Positions 38,900 to 47,708 of a stretch of 64,000 nucleotides of DNA are shown piece by piece. Position 1 is the first letter of the stretch. Every line of letters starts with the position of its first letter. The notes under the pieces were generated by a model that saw only the letters and a program-made list of their open reading frames with translations, was not told the origin of the DNA and did not search any database. Source of the stretch: an uncultured Bacteroidota bacterium (GTDB taxonomy: Bacteria > Bacteroidota > Ignavibacteria > UBA10030 > UBA8401); assembly GCA_963772165.1 (NCBI GenBank), contig CAVYWA010000011.1:229639-293638 (forward strand), read 5' to 3'. Position numbers and translations under genes: made by a program.

Positions 38900-39784
38900 A
38901 TGGCCAGTGCCTTAATATTTGGTGTAACCGGACAAGACGGCTACTACCTTACAGAGTTATGTAAGGCTAGAGGCATTGAGCCTGTTGGTATTTCTCGCAC
39001 AAGCACGGAATATCAAGGGGATGTTGGGCGTTATGAACACGTAGAGTCGTTTATACGACGCTTTCAGCCGTCTTATATTTTTCACGTGGCCGCGAATTCA
39101 TCAACACGGCATGATGTGTTGTTTGAAAATCATGAAACCATTTCCACCGGCACGCTCAACATCCTGGAAGCTACCAAGCGAAATTGCCCGACGGCCAAAG
39201 TGTTTATTACCGGCAGCGGAGTCCAGTTCCGTAATCACGGTAAACCCATTTCGGAACAGAATCCATTCGAAGCAAGCAGTCTATACAGTGTCGCAAGAAT
39301 CCAATCCGTTTATGCTGCGCGATATTATCGTTCTTTAGGTATACACGCATATGTTGGCTATCTGTTCCACCATGAAAGCCCGCTTCGTAAACCCATTCAT
39401 GTGAGTCAAAAAATCGCTTTGGCGGTACAAAGGATTGCTCGCGGGAGTGAAGAAATACTTGAATTGGGCGACATTTCCGTGGTCAAAGAATGGACTTTTG
39501 CAAAAGATGTCGCGGAAGGGATGTTCACTCTTCTCCTGCAAGAACAGGTACATGAAGCGATTATTGGGTCGGGCATTGGATATTCTATTGAACAATGGTT
39601 GGACTGCTGTTTTCATGAAATAGGGAAAGACTGGAAACCATATGTTCGGCTTCAGGAAGCCTACAAATCGGAATATCCTATTCTGATTTCTCATCCTGCA
39701 TTGATTCATCAACTCGGATGGCAGCCAAAAGTTAGTTTTGAGCAATTAGCAAAAATGATGATACAATCGAATCGTAATCGTTAA
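38900..39784 (+). CDS. GDP-mannose 4,6-dehydratase-like extended SDR with non-canonical catalytic residues
   Basis: The Rossmann motif FGVTGQDGYYL and LFHHESPLR align by eye to Gmd. The protein has YSVAR in place of YAVAK and GSGV in place of STSE. Confidence 0.7.
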   Translation: MASALIFGVTGQDGYYLTELCKARGIEPVGISRTSTEYQGDVGRYEHVESFIRRFQPSYIFHVAANSSTRHDVLFENHETISTGTLNILEATKRNCPTAKVFITGSGVQFRNHGKPISEQNPFEASSLYSVARIQSVYAARYYRSLGIHAYVGYLFHHESPLRKPIHVSQKIALAVQRIARGSEEILELGDISVVKEWTFAKDVAEGMFTLLLQEQVHEAIIGSGIGYSIEQWLDCCFHEIGKDWKPYVRLQEAYKSEYPILISHPALIHQLGWQPKVSFEQLAKMMIQSNRNR

Positions 39785-39831
39785 TGAGATTATTCATCAG
39801 GGCATCGAGCTGATACCACCTTTCCGAAAAA

Positions 39832-40878
39832 GTGAACGTCACGGTGCAAAAAAAAATACTTTTAGGCCAGTTAGGAAGACGTGGAGATTGCCTCTATGCA
39901 ACGACCGTGGCCCGTCAAATCAAACATGACTATCCTGGTTGCTCCTTGACATGGGCGATTAGTTCTATGTATCGATCCGTCATTGATCATAATCCATTTG
40001 TTGATAACGTGTGGGAGGTGCAGCAACAGGCGAATGCTTCAGTGGATGAAGTGTGGGAAAGGTTCGAACATGAAGCGTGGAAAAGAAAGAACAACGGCGA
40101 GTACGACGAAGTTTTTCTAACACAAGTGCATCCCGGCAATTACCAAAATTTTGATGGAACGACTCGTTCTTCTTTATTCAGGGGATATCCTCATCCGATC
40201 ACTGTCCCGGTGAACCCTGTTATCCGCCTGTCCGAAAATGAAATTTCGGATGTTGTGCAGTTTATGGCAAGTCATCGGATAACGAATTCAGACATGGTCA
40301 TCCTCTTCGAAGCCGCTTCGACCAGTGGCCAGTCTTTTGTGACGCCGGAGTTTGCCGTTCATACTGCCGAGCGAGCACTGCGGAACAGCCCCAAAATAAA
40401 ATTTATTATTTCATCGGATAAACGGATCGATAATGTGCATCCCCATATTATCGACGGCAGTACATTGACATTCCGCCAAAATGCAGAGGTGACAAAGTAT
40501 TGTTCCCTCCTGATTGGATGTTCAAGCGGAATCTCTTGGCTTGCCACGTCGGATTGGGCAAAACCGCTCCCGCAGATTCAATTACTGTCGGGACGGACGC
40601 GAATGTTCGCTTCGATGTTCCATGATGCAAAATACTTCAATCTTCCGACGGAAAATTTTATTGAACTTGTCGACGTTGAACCGCAGGAGGTTGCGGAGAT
40701 CGTTATTCTTTCGATGCGCGAAGGGTACACTAAGACATTTTCCCGGTATCAAACCGCGATTCCTGTCAAATTCGATTTTTACTTTTCACAGATTTACAAC
40801 GAATTGATCAGAAAACGGCAATATGGTAAAACCGCAAAGGCGCTCACAACTGCTTCTACTCGGTATCAGTACCGATGA
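39832..40878 (+). CDS. Glycosyltransferase family 9-like protein (tentative)
   Basis: The GTG-started N-terminus KKILLGQLGRRGDCLYATTVARQIKHDYPG resembles the heptosyltransferase LGDxxxxTP pattern. The C-terminus has LLIGCSSGISWLA. Confidence 0.5.
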   Translation: MNVTVQKKILLGQLGRRGDCLYATTVARQIKHDYPGCSLTWAISSMYRSVIDHNPFVDNVWEVQQQANASVDEVWERFEHEAWKRKNNGEYDEVFLTQVHPGNYQNFDGTTRSSLFRGYPHPITVPVNPVIRLSENEISDVVQFMASHRITNSDMVILFEAASTSGQSFVTPEFAVHTAERALRNSPKIKFIISSDKRIDNVHPHIIDGSTLTFRQNAEVTKYCSLLIGCSSGISWLATSDWAKPLPQIQLLSGRTRMFASMFHDAKYFNLPTENFIELVDVEPQEVAEIVILSMREGYTKTFSRYQTAIPVKFDFYFSQIYNELIRKRQYGKTAKALTTASTRYQYR

Positions 40879-41309
40879 TAATGGAAAAAGAAGATTCGGC
40901 TATATCATCCAAAACATCTTTACTCCATATTTACATTTATTGTGGCGAGAACTGGCGGATGAAGATAGAAAGGCATTTATTGTCCTTGGATGTGGGCAAC
41001 TTCAAGGTTTATACTGGTGGCAAAGAATGAAGAGCTTCTTTCAGTTGTTTGCGTTTTCTTTTTGGGGAGAGAATGTTTATGTCGCACGGTTATTTCTCTT
41101 AGACAGAATTAAAGCGTTGGTTTAGATAAAAAGCTCGCCCTAGCCTTGGCGGATTCACTGAAGTATTATTCTTAATACGGTCGTATAGAGTTTTTAGGCT
41201 TCACTTCTTGTAGTCAATGTATCATAGTGATCAAACTCCTATGACAATAGAGGATCTGTTCGGGAATAGGGTTATTGTATAAATTCTTATTTTATCAAAG
41301 AAAATAATA

Positions 41310-42167
41310 ATGCTCTTTCTTTTACTTCCGGTCCACAATCGCATCGACATTACGCGTCGATTCATCCAAAGCCTAAAGGCGCAAACCTATCAAGATTTCC
41401 AGATCATTCTCATCGATGATGGTTCTACCGATGGCACGGCTGCGATGGTTCAGCAGGCTTTTCCATCGGTCATTATCCTTAGAGGAAATGGCAGTTGGTG
41501 GTGGGCCGGATCTTTACATCAAGGATATTTATGGTTGAAGGTCCATGTGCCGCCGCCGGGTACGATGGTTCTCATCATCAATGACGATGCGGTTTTTGGT
41601 CCCGAATATTTGCAAACGGCTGTGGCCAGGCTGGAAATGGTAAAGCGGACATTGCTCGTTTCAAATGCATATGGCATTGAAACCAAAAAGTTGATGGATA
41701 GCGGAGTACATGCTGATTGGCGGCACCTAAAATTTACGCTTGAACAAGACCCGGCGAAAATTAATTGCGCATCGACTCGAGGATTGTTTTTGTTTGCTTC
41801 GGATTTTATCGAGATCGGGGGCTTTCATCCTCATTTGTTACCCCACTATACTTCAGACTACGAGTTTACCATACGCGCTTATAACAAGGGCTATACGCTT
41901 ATTGCGGATGAGCAGCTGAAATTGTATTCGAATGAATCCACGACAGGGTTTGTCGATTTCAGGAATGAAAATTCATACAGTGACTTTCTAAAGAGATTAT
42001 TCTCAAAAAAATATGTTATGAATCCGATTTATTATTCGAACTTTATCGCTTTTGCTTGTCCGTGGCCATGGAAAGTGCGAAATTGGTTCATTATTTGGTC
42101 AAGCACTGCCTGGAAGCTTGTCAAGAATCTCTTTATTTTTGTTGTTTTTAAAAGGCCATCAAATTAG
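41310..42167 (+). CDS. Glycosyltransferase family 2
   Basis: The motif LLPVHNRIDITRRFIQSLKAQTYQDFQIILIDDGSTDGT is present. Confidence 0.8.
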   Translation: MLFLLLPVHNRIDITRRFIQSLKAQTYQDFQIILIDDGSTDGTAAMVQQAFPSVIILRGNGSWWWAGSLHQGYLWLKVHVPPPGTMVLIINDDAVFGPEYLQTAVARLEMVKRTLLVSNAYGIETKKLMDSGVHADWRHLKFTLEQDPAKINCASTRGLFLFASDFIEIGGFHPHLLPHYTSDYEFTIRAYNKGYTLIADEQLKLYSNESTTGFVDFRNENSYSDFLKRLFSKKYVMNPIYYSNFIAFACPWPWKVRNWFIIWSSTAWKLVKNLFIFVVFKRPSN

Positions 42168-42265
42168 ATTATTAAAACGTACAATCTCAATGGACGAATG
42201 AATCTTTGACAGCAACACTCTATCTACATATCATGGATTTGCAAATAGTACGACAGCATTGAATC

Positions 42266-43213
42266 ATGAATAGCATGCCATTTTCTACACCCATTTTATT
42301 TCTCATTTTTAACCGCCCGGATACGACTGCGAGAGTCTTTGAGCGAATCCGTGAGATAAAGCCTCGCCATCTTTTCATTTCGGCCGACGGACCAAGGGCG
42401 CATAAAATCCATGAAAAAGAGCTGTGCGATGCGGCGCGGAAGGTCGTTGCGAATGTCGATTGGGAGTGTGACGTCAAAACAAATTTCCGCGAAGAGAATG
42501 CCGGATGTAAAATCAGTGTGAGCTCCGGGATCACGTGGTTTTTTAAAAACGTCGAAGAAGGTATTATTCTCGAAGATGACTGCCTGCCGGAAATTTCATT
42601 TTTTTATTTTTGTGAAACTCTCCTTGCGTATTACAGGGACGACGAGAGAATAATGCATATCGGCGGTGCTAATTTTCAGGACGGAAATACACGAGGAAAT
42701 GGTAGCTATTATTTTTCACATATCAATCACATTTGGGGTTGGGCTACATGGAAGCGTGCATGGGGGAAATATGACGTTGGAGTTTCTTCCTACCCGGAAC
42801 TTCTTAGGCAAGACATGCTACCGCACTTGTTCACAAATTCGAAGATGGAAAAATTTTGGGAGAAAAGATTTGAACTTGCTTACAACGGTAAGATTGATAC
42901 ATGGGATATTCAATGGCAGTACGCGATGAGTGTCAACCACGGACTGGCGGTCATTCCCAATCAGAATCTCGTTGCGAATATTGGGTTCGATGCTGCTGCG
43001 ACCCATACAACTGATAAATTCAATACTCTTGCCAACATCCCAACTTCAGCAATTGATAGCATTGTACACCCTTCTCAAATCATTCCTGACGTTACTGCGG
43101 ATTATTACGCTTTCCGAACGTATTTTTCCCCTCCCAAAGCAAGGAAATTATTGTATCTTATGCTTCGGCAGGTTAACGCTTTAAAAACATCTCTTAAACA
43201 CCTTTCAATCTGA
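42266..43213 (+). CDS. Nucleotide-diphospho-sugar transferase-fold protein (GNT-I/HlpA-like)
   Basis: The motifs LIFNRPDTTARVFERIREIKPRHLFISADGPR, EDDCLP and WGWATWKRAW are present. Confidence 0.6.
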   Translation: MNSMPFSTPILFLIFNRPDTTARVFERIREIKPRHLFISADGPRAHKIHEKELCDAARKVVANVDWECDVKTNFREENAGCKISVSSGITWFFKNVEEGIILEDDCLPEISFFYFCETLLAYYRDDERIMHIGGANFQDGNTRGNGSYYFSHINHIWGWATWKRAWGKYDVGVSSYPELLRQDMLPHLFTNSKMEKFWEKRFELAYNGKIDTWDIQWQYAMSVNHGLAVIPNQNLVANIGFDAAATHTTDKFNTLANIPTSAIDSIVHPSQIIPDVTADYYAFRTYFSPPKARKLLYLMLRQVNALKTSLKHLSI

Positions 43214-44154
43214 TGGCTTTTATGATAAAAAGACTTAGCGACTTTTTTGAATCGTCTTTAGTTACGCTTTTTAATCGGCTCGATAAGCCGACGCTTGAAA
43301 ATCGTCTGTTACTTGGCCAGATCCTTTCTCAACAGGTTCGGACTACAACGCATATTAACAATTTGTCTGAGGTCGAATTTAAAATATTTTCACAAAACTG
43401 TGAAGACGGGATAATACAATATCTTATTTCTCACGTGCCCATCTCCAACAAAATATTTGTAGAATTTGGTGTCGGTGACTTTAGAGAATCTAATACCCGC
43501 TTTCTCCTGTTGCACAATAAATGGAAGGGTTTGGTGATGGATTCAGAAAAGAAATTTATTTCTCGAATTCATTCATATGACTTTTATTGGAAGTATGATC
43601 TAACTGCGATTCAAGCTTTTGTAACAAAAAATAGCATTAATGATCTTCTTAAGGAGAATGGCTTCACAGGAGATATTGGACTTTTAAGCATTGATATTGA
43701 CGGTAATGATTATTGGGTTTGGGATGCCATCGCCATTATACAACCAAGAATTGTAATTTGTGAATATAATAATGTGTTTGGAAAAAACCTCGCTGTAACG
43801 ATTCCATATTACGCCGAATTTAATCGGACAAAAGCACATTATTCCAACTTATATTTCGGCGCATCTCTTAGAGCCTTATGTCTTTTGGGGAAGGAAAAGG
43901 GATATATATTTGCTGGTTCAGATAGTGCCGGTGCAAATGCTTTTTTTGTACAAAATGATGTTGCCCAGAACATTGCTCAGCGTACATGTGAAGAAGGGTA
44001 TGTTCAGGGTCTTGCCCGTGAGTCACGCGACACTCACGGCCGGTTAAACTATGTCTCGGGTGCAGATCGAATCAACCTCATTGCTAACGAAAAGGTATTC
44101 GATGTTCTCACTCAAAAAGAAGTCGTTCTGCAGGAACTTCTTCCAAGATCATAG
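43213..44154 (+). CDS. Conserved hypothetical protein (possibly FkbM-like methyltransferase fold)
   Basis: The start overlaps the previous stop (TGATG). The motifs FSQNCEDGIIQYL and LLSIDIDGNDYWVWDAI are present. The family call is tentative. Confidence 0.45.
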   Translation: MAFMIKRLSDFFESSLVTLFNRLDKPTLENRLLLGQILSQQVRTTTHINNLSEVEFKIFSQNCEDGIIQYLISHVPISNKIFVEFGVGDFRESNTRFLLLHNKWKGLVMDSEKKFISRIHSYDFYWKYDLTAIQAFVTKNSINDLLKENGFTGDIGLLSIDIDGNDYWVWDAIAIIQPRIVICEYNNVFGKNLAVTIPYYAEFNRTKAHYSNLYFGASLRALCLLGKEKGYIFAGSDSAGANAFFVQNDVAQNIAQRTCEEGYVQGLARESRDTHGRLNYVSGADRINLIANEKVFDVLTQKEVVLQELLPRS

Positions 44155-44225
44155 TCCTCTTCAACAAAAACCGATGAATTGCTCTCATGTCAGGGCTTTC
44201 TTGTTGGTGAGTGTTGCTATAAACG

Positions 44226-44254
44226 TTGACAATACTTTAAAAAAAACTTACATT
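44226..44254 (+). promoter_or_regulatory. Sigma70-type promoter (TTGACA-N17-TACATT)
   Basis: TTGACA lies at 44226-44231 and TACATT at 44249-44254, about 70 nt upstream of the ATG at 44323. Confidence 0.4.
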
Positions 44255-44322
44255 CTTGCCATCCCTCAATTCTGGGATTTAGTATTTTTTCCATCCATAA
44301 TTACCTTAGGAGGGGATCCACC

Positions 44323-46257
44323 ATGAAAAAGACTACCATTGCTATTTCTTCATTATTAGTGCTCCTTTTGACGTTTGGTTTCTTCAATACCGCAACGGCA
44401 CAGAAGAACGACCTCCCATCGAATGACCTCAAAAGTTCAAATAATTTAGGAAAAACGCTGAACACCTCTTCAATAGAAGCTGATGCGATGTATTTTTATA
44501 GTACCTCCATCGGCTGGGTCTATGGTATTAACGGGATGATCGCAAAAACAACCGATGGGGGGGCAGATTGGGTTCAACAAAATTCTCCTACTGAAAATTT
44601 TATTTTGAAATTATTTTTCATAAATCCAAACATAGGCTGGGCATGCGGGTATAACGGTACGTTTCTGCGCACAACCAATGGAGGGAATCTCTGGATACCT
44701 GAGCAGCTTGGAACAGCTAAGAACGTCGTTTCTGTCTTCTTTTTGGATGAAAACAAGGGGTGGGTGGTAGGAGATAGCGGCCTTCTTCTTTCGACACAAA
44801 ATGGGGGAACAATATGGACCCCACAATCAAGCGGTACAGTGAATGGCTTGCGGAGAATTCAATTTACAGATTCGAGTAACGGCTGGATTGTCGGAAGCGA
44901 GGGGTGTATCCTCCATACGTCAAATGGCGGAACAACGTGGACATCGCAAAACAGTACGACGACAACAATTCTTTGGAGCTGTTCATTTCTCGATTCATTG
45001 CATGGATATGCCGTTGGGGGTGACCCGAATGCTGGTACAATGGTTTTTGTAAAAACGACCGATGGAGGTGCCTCATGGGTTTCTCAAACAGCATTTCCTT
45101 CTACGTTGTTTGATGTGGGCTTTATTAATCTCGATACTGGATGGGTTATCGGGCGGTCTGGAACTATTTTGAAAACTACAAATGGCGGCAGTAGTTGGAC
45201 GCCAGAAGGAAACACCAGTTACTGGCTGTCCTGGGGATCTTTCTTGAATAGCGATACATCATACGTGCTTTGCCCCAGTACAACGCCGCTGTTATTTACT
45301 ACTACCAATGGCGGCAGTAGTTGGAGTATTCGAAACATCATTATTACAACAACGTCACCGATACTGTCCGCGAACAGTATTACCGATGTTCCTAACGATA
45401 ATGGCAAGCAAGTATTTATTAAATGGACGACGAGTGGTTCACCGATTGACTTAGGTGTAACGAACTTCAGCATTTACCGGTTTGATCAACAAGCATGGAC
45501 GTATATCAAAGATGTTCCTGTCCTCTCGGACAGTGTCTATCAAACCGTAGTGCCAACGCTCTATGATTCAACAATTATCCATGGCATGTATTATTCAGTC
45601 TTTAAAGTCATTGCGCATACCTCAGATCCGTCGATCTATATGACCATTGGGCCGGACAGCGGGTATTCAGTCGATAATTTGCCGCCGCTCGCCCCAATAG
45701 ATGGAACAGCAATACAATTATCCGGCGGTAATGTTGTAATCCGCTGGCACGCCGCAGAAAATATCTATGGAGATTTTAAAGAATACGTTCTTTATCGGTC
45801 ATCACAGTCTGACTTTGTGCCTTCACCGGCCACACGCATCGCTTTTGTTCAAGACACAGTGTATACGGATTTGACGGCTCAAGGAAATAGATTTTATTAC
45901 AAGACGACGTCAATGGATTATTCTGGTAATGAAAGTCAGCCTTTAGCTATTTCAACAACGACCAGTGTAGAAGTTGTCAATTCACAGGCCCCTCAAACAT
46001 ACAGTCTTGCCCAGAATTATCCCAATCCTTTTAACCCCTCAACACAAATTCAATTCAGCATTGTGCAATTGGGTTATGTGACGTTGAAAGTTTTTGACCT
46101 CTCCGGCAAGGAGGTCGCATCGCTAATTTCTCAGGAGATGCCGGCAGGGACCTATACCGTTCCTTTTTCTGCTAAAAATTTGAGCAGTGGGATGTATTTG
46201 TATCGTTTAGAGGCAGGGATCTTTTCATCAACAAAAAAAATGCTGGTTGTGAAATAA
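44323..46257 (+). CDS. Secreted BNR/Ycf48-like beta-propeller plus FN3-like protein with T9SS C-terminal sorting domain
   Basis: A signal peptide is present. There are about 8 repeats of T(T/S)(N/D)GGxxW. The C-terminus LAQNYPNPFNPSTQIQFSI...YLYRLEAGIFSSTKKMLVVK is a type A T9SS sorting domain. Confidence 0.8.
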   Translation: MKKTTIAISSLLVLLLTFGFFNTATAQKNDLPSNDLKSSNNLGKTLNTSSIEADAMYFYSTSIGWVYGINGMIAKTTDGGADWVQQNSPTENFILKLFFINPNIGWACGYNGTFLRTTNGGNLWIPEQLGTAKNVVSVFFLDENKGWVVGDSGLLLSTQNGGTIWTPQSSGTVNGLRRIQFTDSSNGWIVGSEGCILHTSNGGTTWTSQNSTTTTILWSCSFLDSLHGYAVGGDPNAGTMVFVKTTDGGASWVSQTAFPSTLFDVGFINLDTGWVIGRSGTILKTTNGGSSWTPEGNTSYWLSWGSFLNSDTSYVLCPSTTPLLFTTTNGGSSWSIRNIIITTTSPILSANSITDVPNDNGKQVFIKWTTSGSPIDLGVTNFSIYRFDQQAWTYIKDVPVLSDSVYQTVVPTLYDSTIIHGMYYSVFKVIAHTSDPSIYMTIGPDSGYSVDNLPPLAPIDGTAIQLSGGNVVIRWHAAENIYGDFKEYVLYRSSQSDFVPSPATRIAFVQDTVYTDLTAQGNRFYYKTTSMDYSGNESQPLAISTTTSVEVVNSQAPQTYSLAQNYPNPFNPSTQIQFSIVQLGYVTLKVFDLSGKEVASLISQEMPAGTYTVPFSAKNLSSGMYLYRLEAGIFSSTKKMLVVK

Positions 46258-46376
46258 TATCATTGATTTGTTTCCTTCTGAAATGCAAGATAAATCTAAA
46301 TCCATTGCTGATAATATAGAATGACGTCTACTTATGCAAGTGACCGTCATCCCAGAGTTTGTGAGAGTTTTCGCGA

Positions 46377-47549
46377 TTGAAAAATAAATCATCAATTATT
46401 TTTAAAATATTGAAGCGGAGGGTATTATTTTTAGTTGAATATCTCTTGCTGCGTTTTGAGCGGTACCATGGTGAAAATGTTCAAGCTCGTAGCGAAGATG
46501 CTCTTCTGATAGTGAGGTTGGATGGCATAGGAGATTACATATTATTCCGGAATTGCATCCATTTCATAAAAGAAAGCAGTATATATAAAGGACATAAGAT
46601 TCTATTGTTAGGGAATAAAGCGTACAGAGACATAGCGGAAAATCAGGATGCAAACGACATTGATAAATTTCTTTGGGTTGATATCAATAAGACACGATGG
46701 AGCCTTTCATATCGGAAGAAACTGCTCGATACAATAAACGCCTACAAGGTTCGTACAATTTTCCATCCTACATACTCGCGATGTTTTTATGTCGATGCGT
46801 TGATCAAGAATGCCAAGGCAACGGCCGCCTATGCCGTCGACGGTGACACGAGAAATATTCTTTCATGGGTAAAGCATATTTCTAATACGTATTATTCACA
46901 CCTCCTTACGCTTAATCACGAAGTAATTTTTGAATTTGAAAGAAACAAAAATGTTACCGAACAATTTCTCCATACACGCATTGCTCTGACCAAGCCCCAA
47001 TTAACTCTCTCTTCTTCAGTATCGGTACCCGAGAGAAAATATGTTGTTGTGTTTCCCGATGCCTTTGCAAAAAACAGGTTGTGGCCGGTTGACAGCTATG
47101 CTGAGATTGCCTCTTATTTCATTGATAAATATGGCTTTGATGTTGTTGTCGCCGGCACGGATCAAAGCAAGGGGGAATACATCGTGAGGAAGGTTAACTC
47201 TGATAAAGTAAGGGATGTTACTTTGAAGACGACGCTCATGCAATTGGCAGAGTTAACCAAAAATGCGGAATTACTGATTTCAAACGATACGAGCGCGGTT
47301 CATATAGGCGTAGCGGTGAATACCAACGTGATTTGCCTGTCAAACGGAAACACCTACGGAAGATTTGTCCCGTATCCGGAACGTGTGTATTCCAGGATCA
47401 TCACGCTTTTTCCTGAAGAAATAGAGAAGGAAAAATTGAATGATGTTCAAGCATCAAGAAAATATCTTCACGGTTCTGAATATCCCATTTCCGGTATAAG
47501 TACCCGAACGGGTGAAACAGGCGATCATAAAAATGCTGGGATAATGTGA
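46377..47549 (+). CDS. Glycosyltransferase family 9 (heptosyltransferase-like)
   Basis: The motifs LLIVRLDGIGDYILF and LLISNDTSAVHIGVAVNTNVICL are present. The start is uncertain (TTG at 46377). Confidence 0.7.
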   Translation: MKNKSSIIFKILKRRVLFLVEYLLLRFERYHGENVQARSEDALLIVRLDGIGDYILFRNCIHFIKESSIYKGHKILLLGNKAYRDIAENQDANDIDKFLWVDINKTRWSLSYRKKLLDTINAYKVRTIFHPTYSRCFYVDALIKNAKATAAYAVDGDTRNILSWVKHISNTYYSHLLTLNHEVIFEFERNKNVTEQFLHTRIALTKPQLTLSSSVSVPERKYVVVFPDAFAKNRLWPVDSYAEIASYFIDKYGFDVVVAGTDQSKGEYIVRKVNSDKVRDVTLKTTLMQLAELTKNAELLISNDTSAVHIGVAVNTNVICLSNGNTYGRFVPYPERVYSRIITLFPEEIEKEKLNDVQASRKYLHGSEYPISGISTRTGETGDHKNAGIM

Positions 47550-47708
47550 ATTTTACGTTGTGCCCTGTTCGAAGAGCAGCCAAGCGGAGAGGCTGTAAGG
47601 AAAATGAAAGATCAAGGATTTATTACTATTCGGCTGCCGGCAAATCCCTATCGTACATGAGTGGTCAGAAATGATTAGCGGGGATGTACATCGAGTGCGA
47701 TGTTTTCT

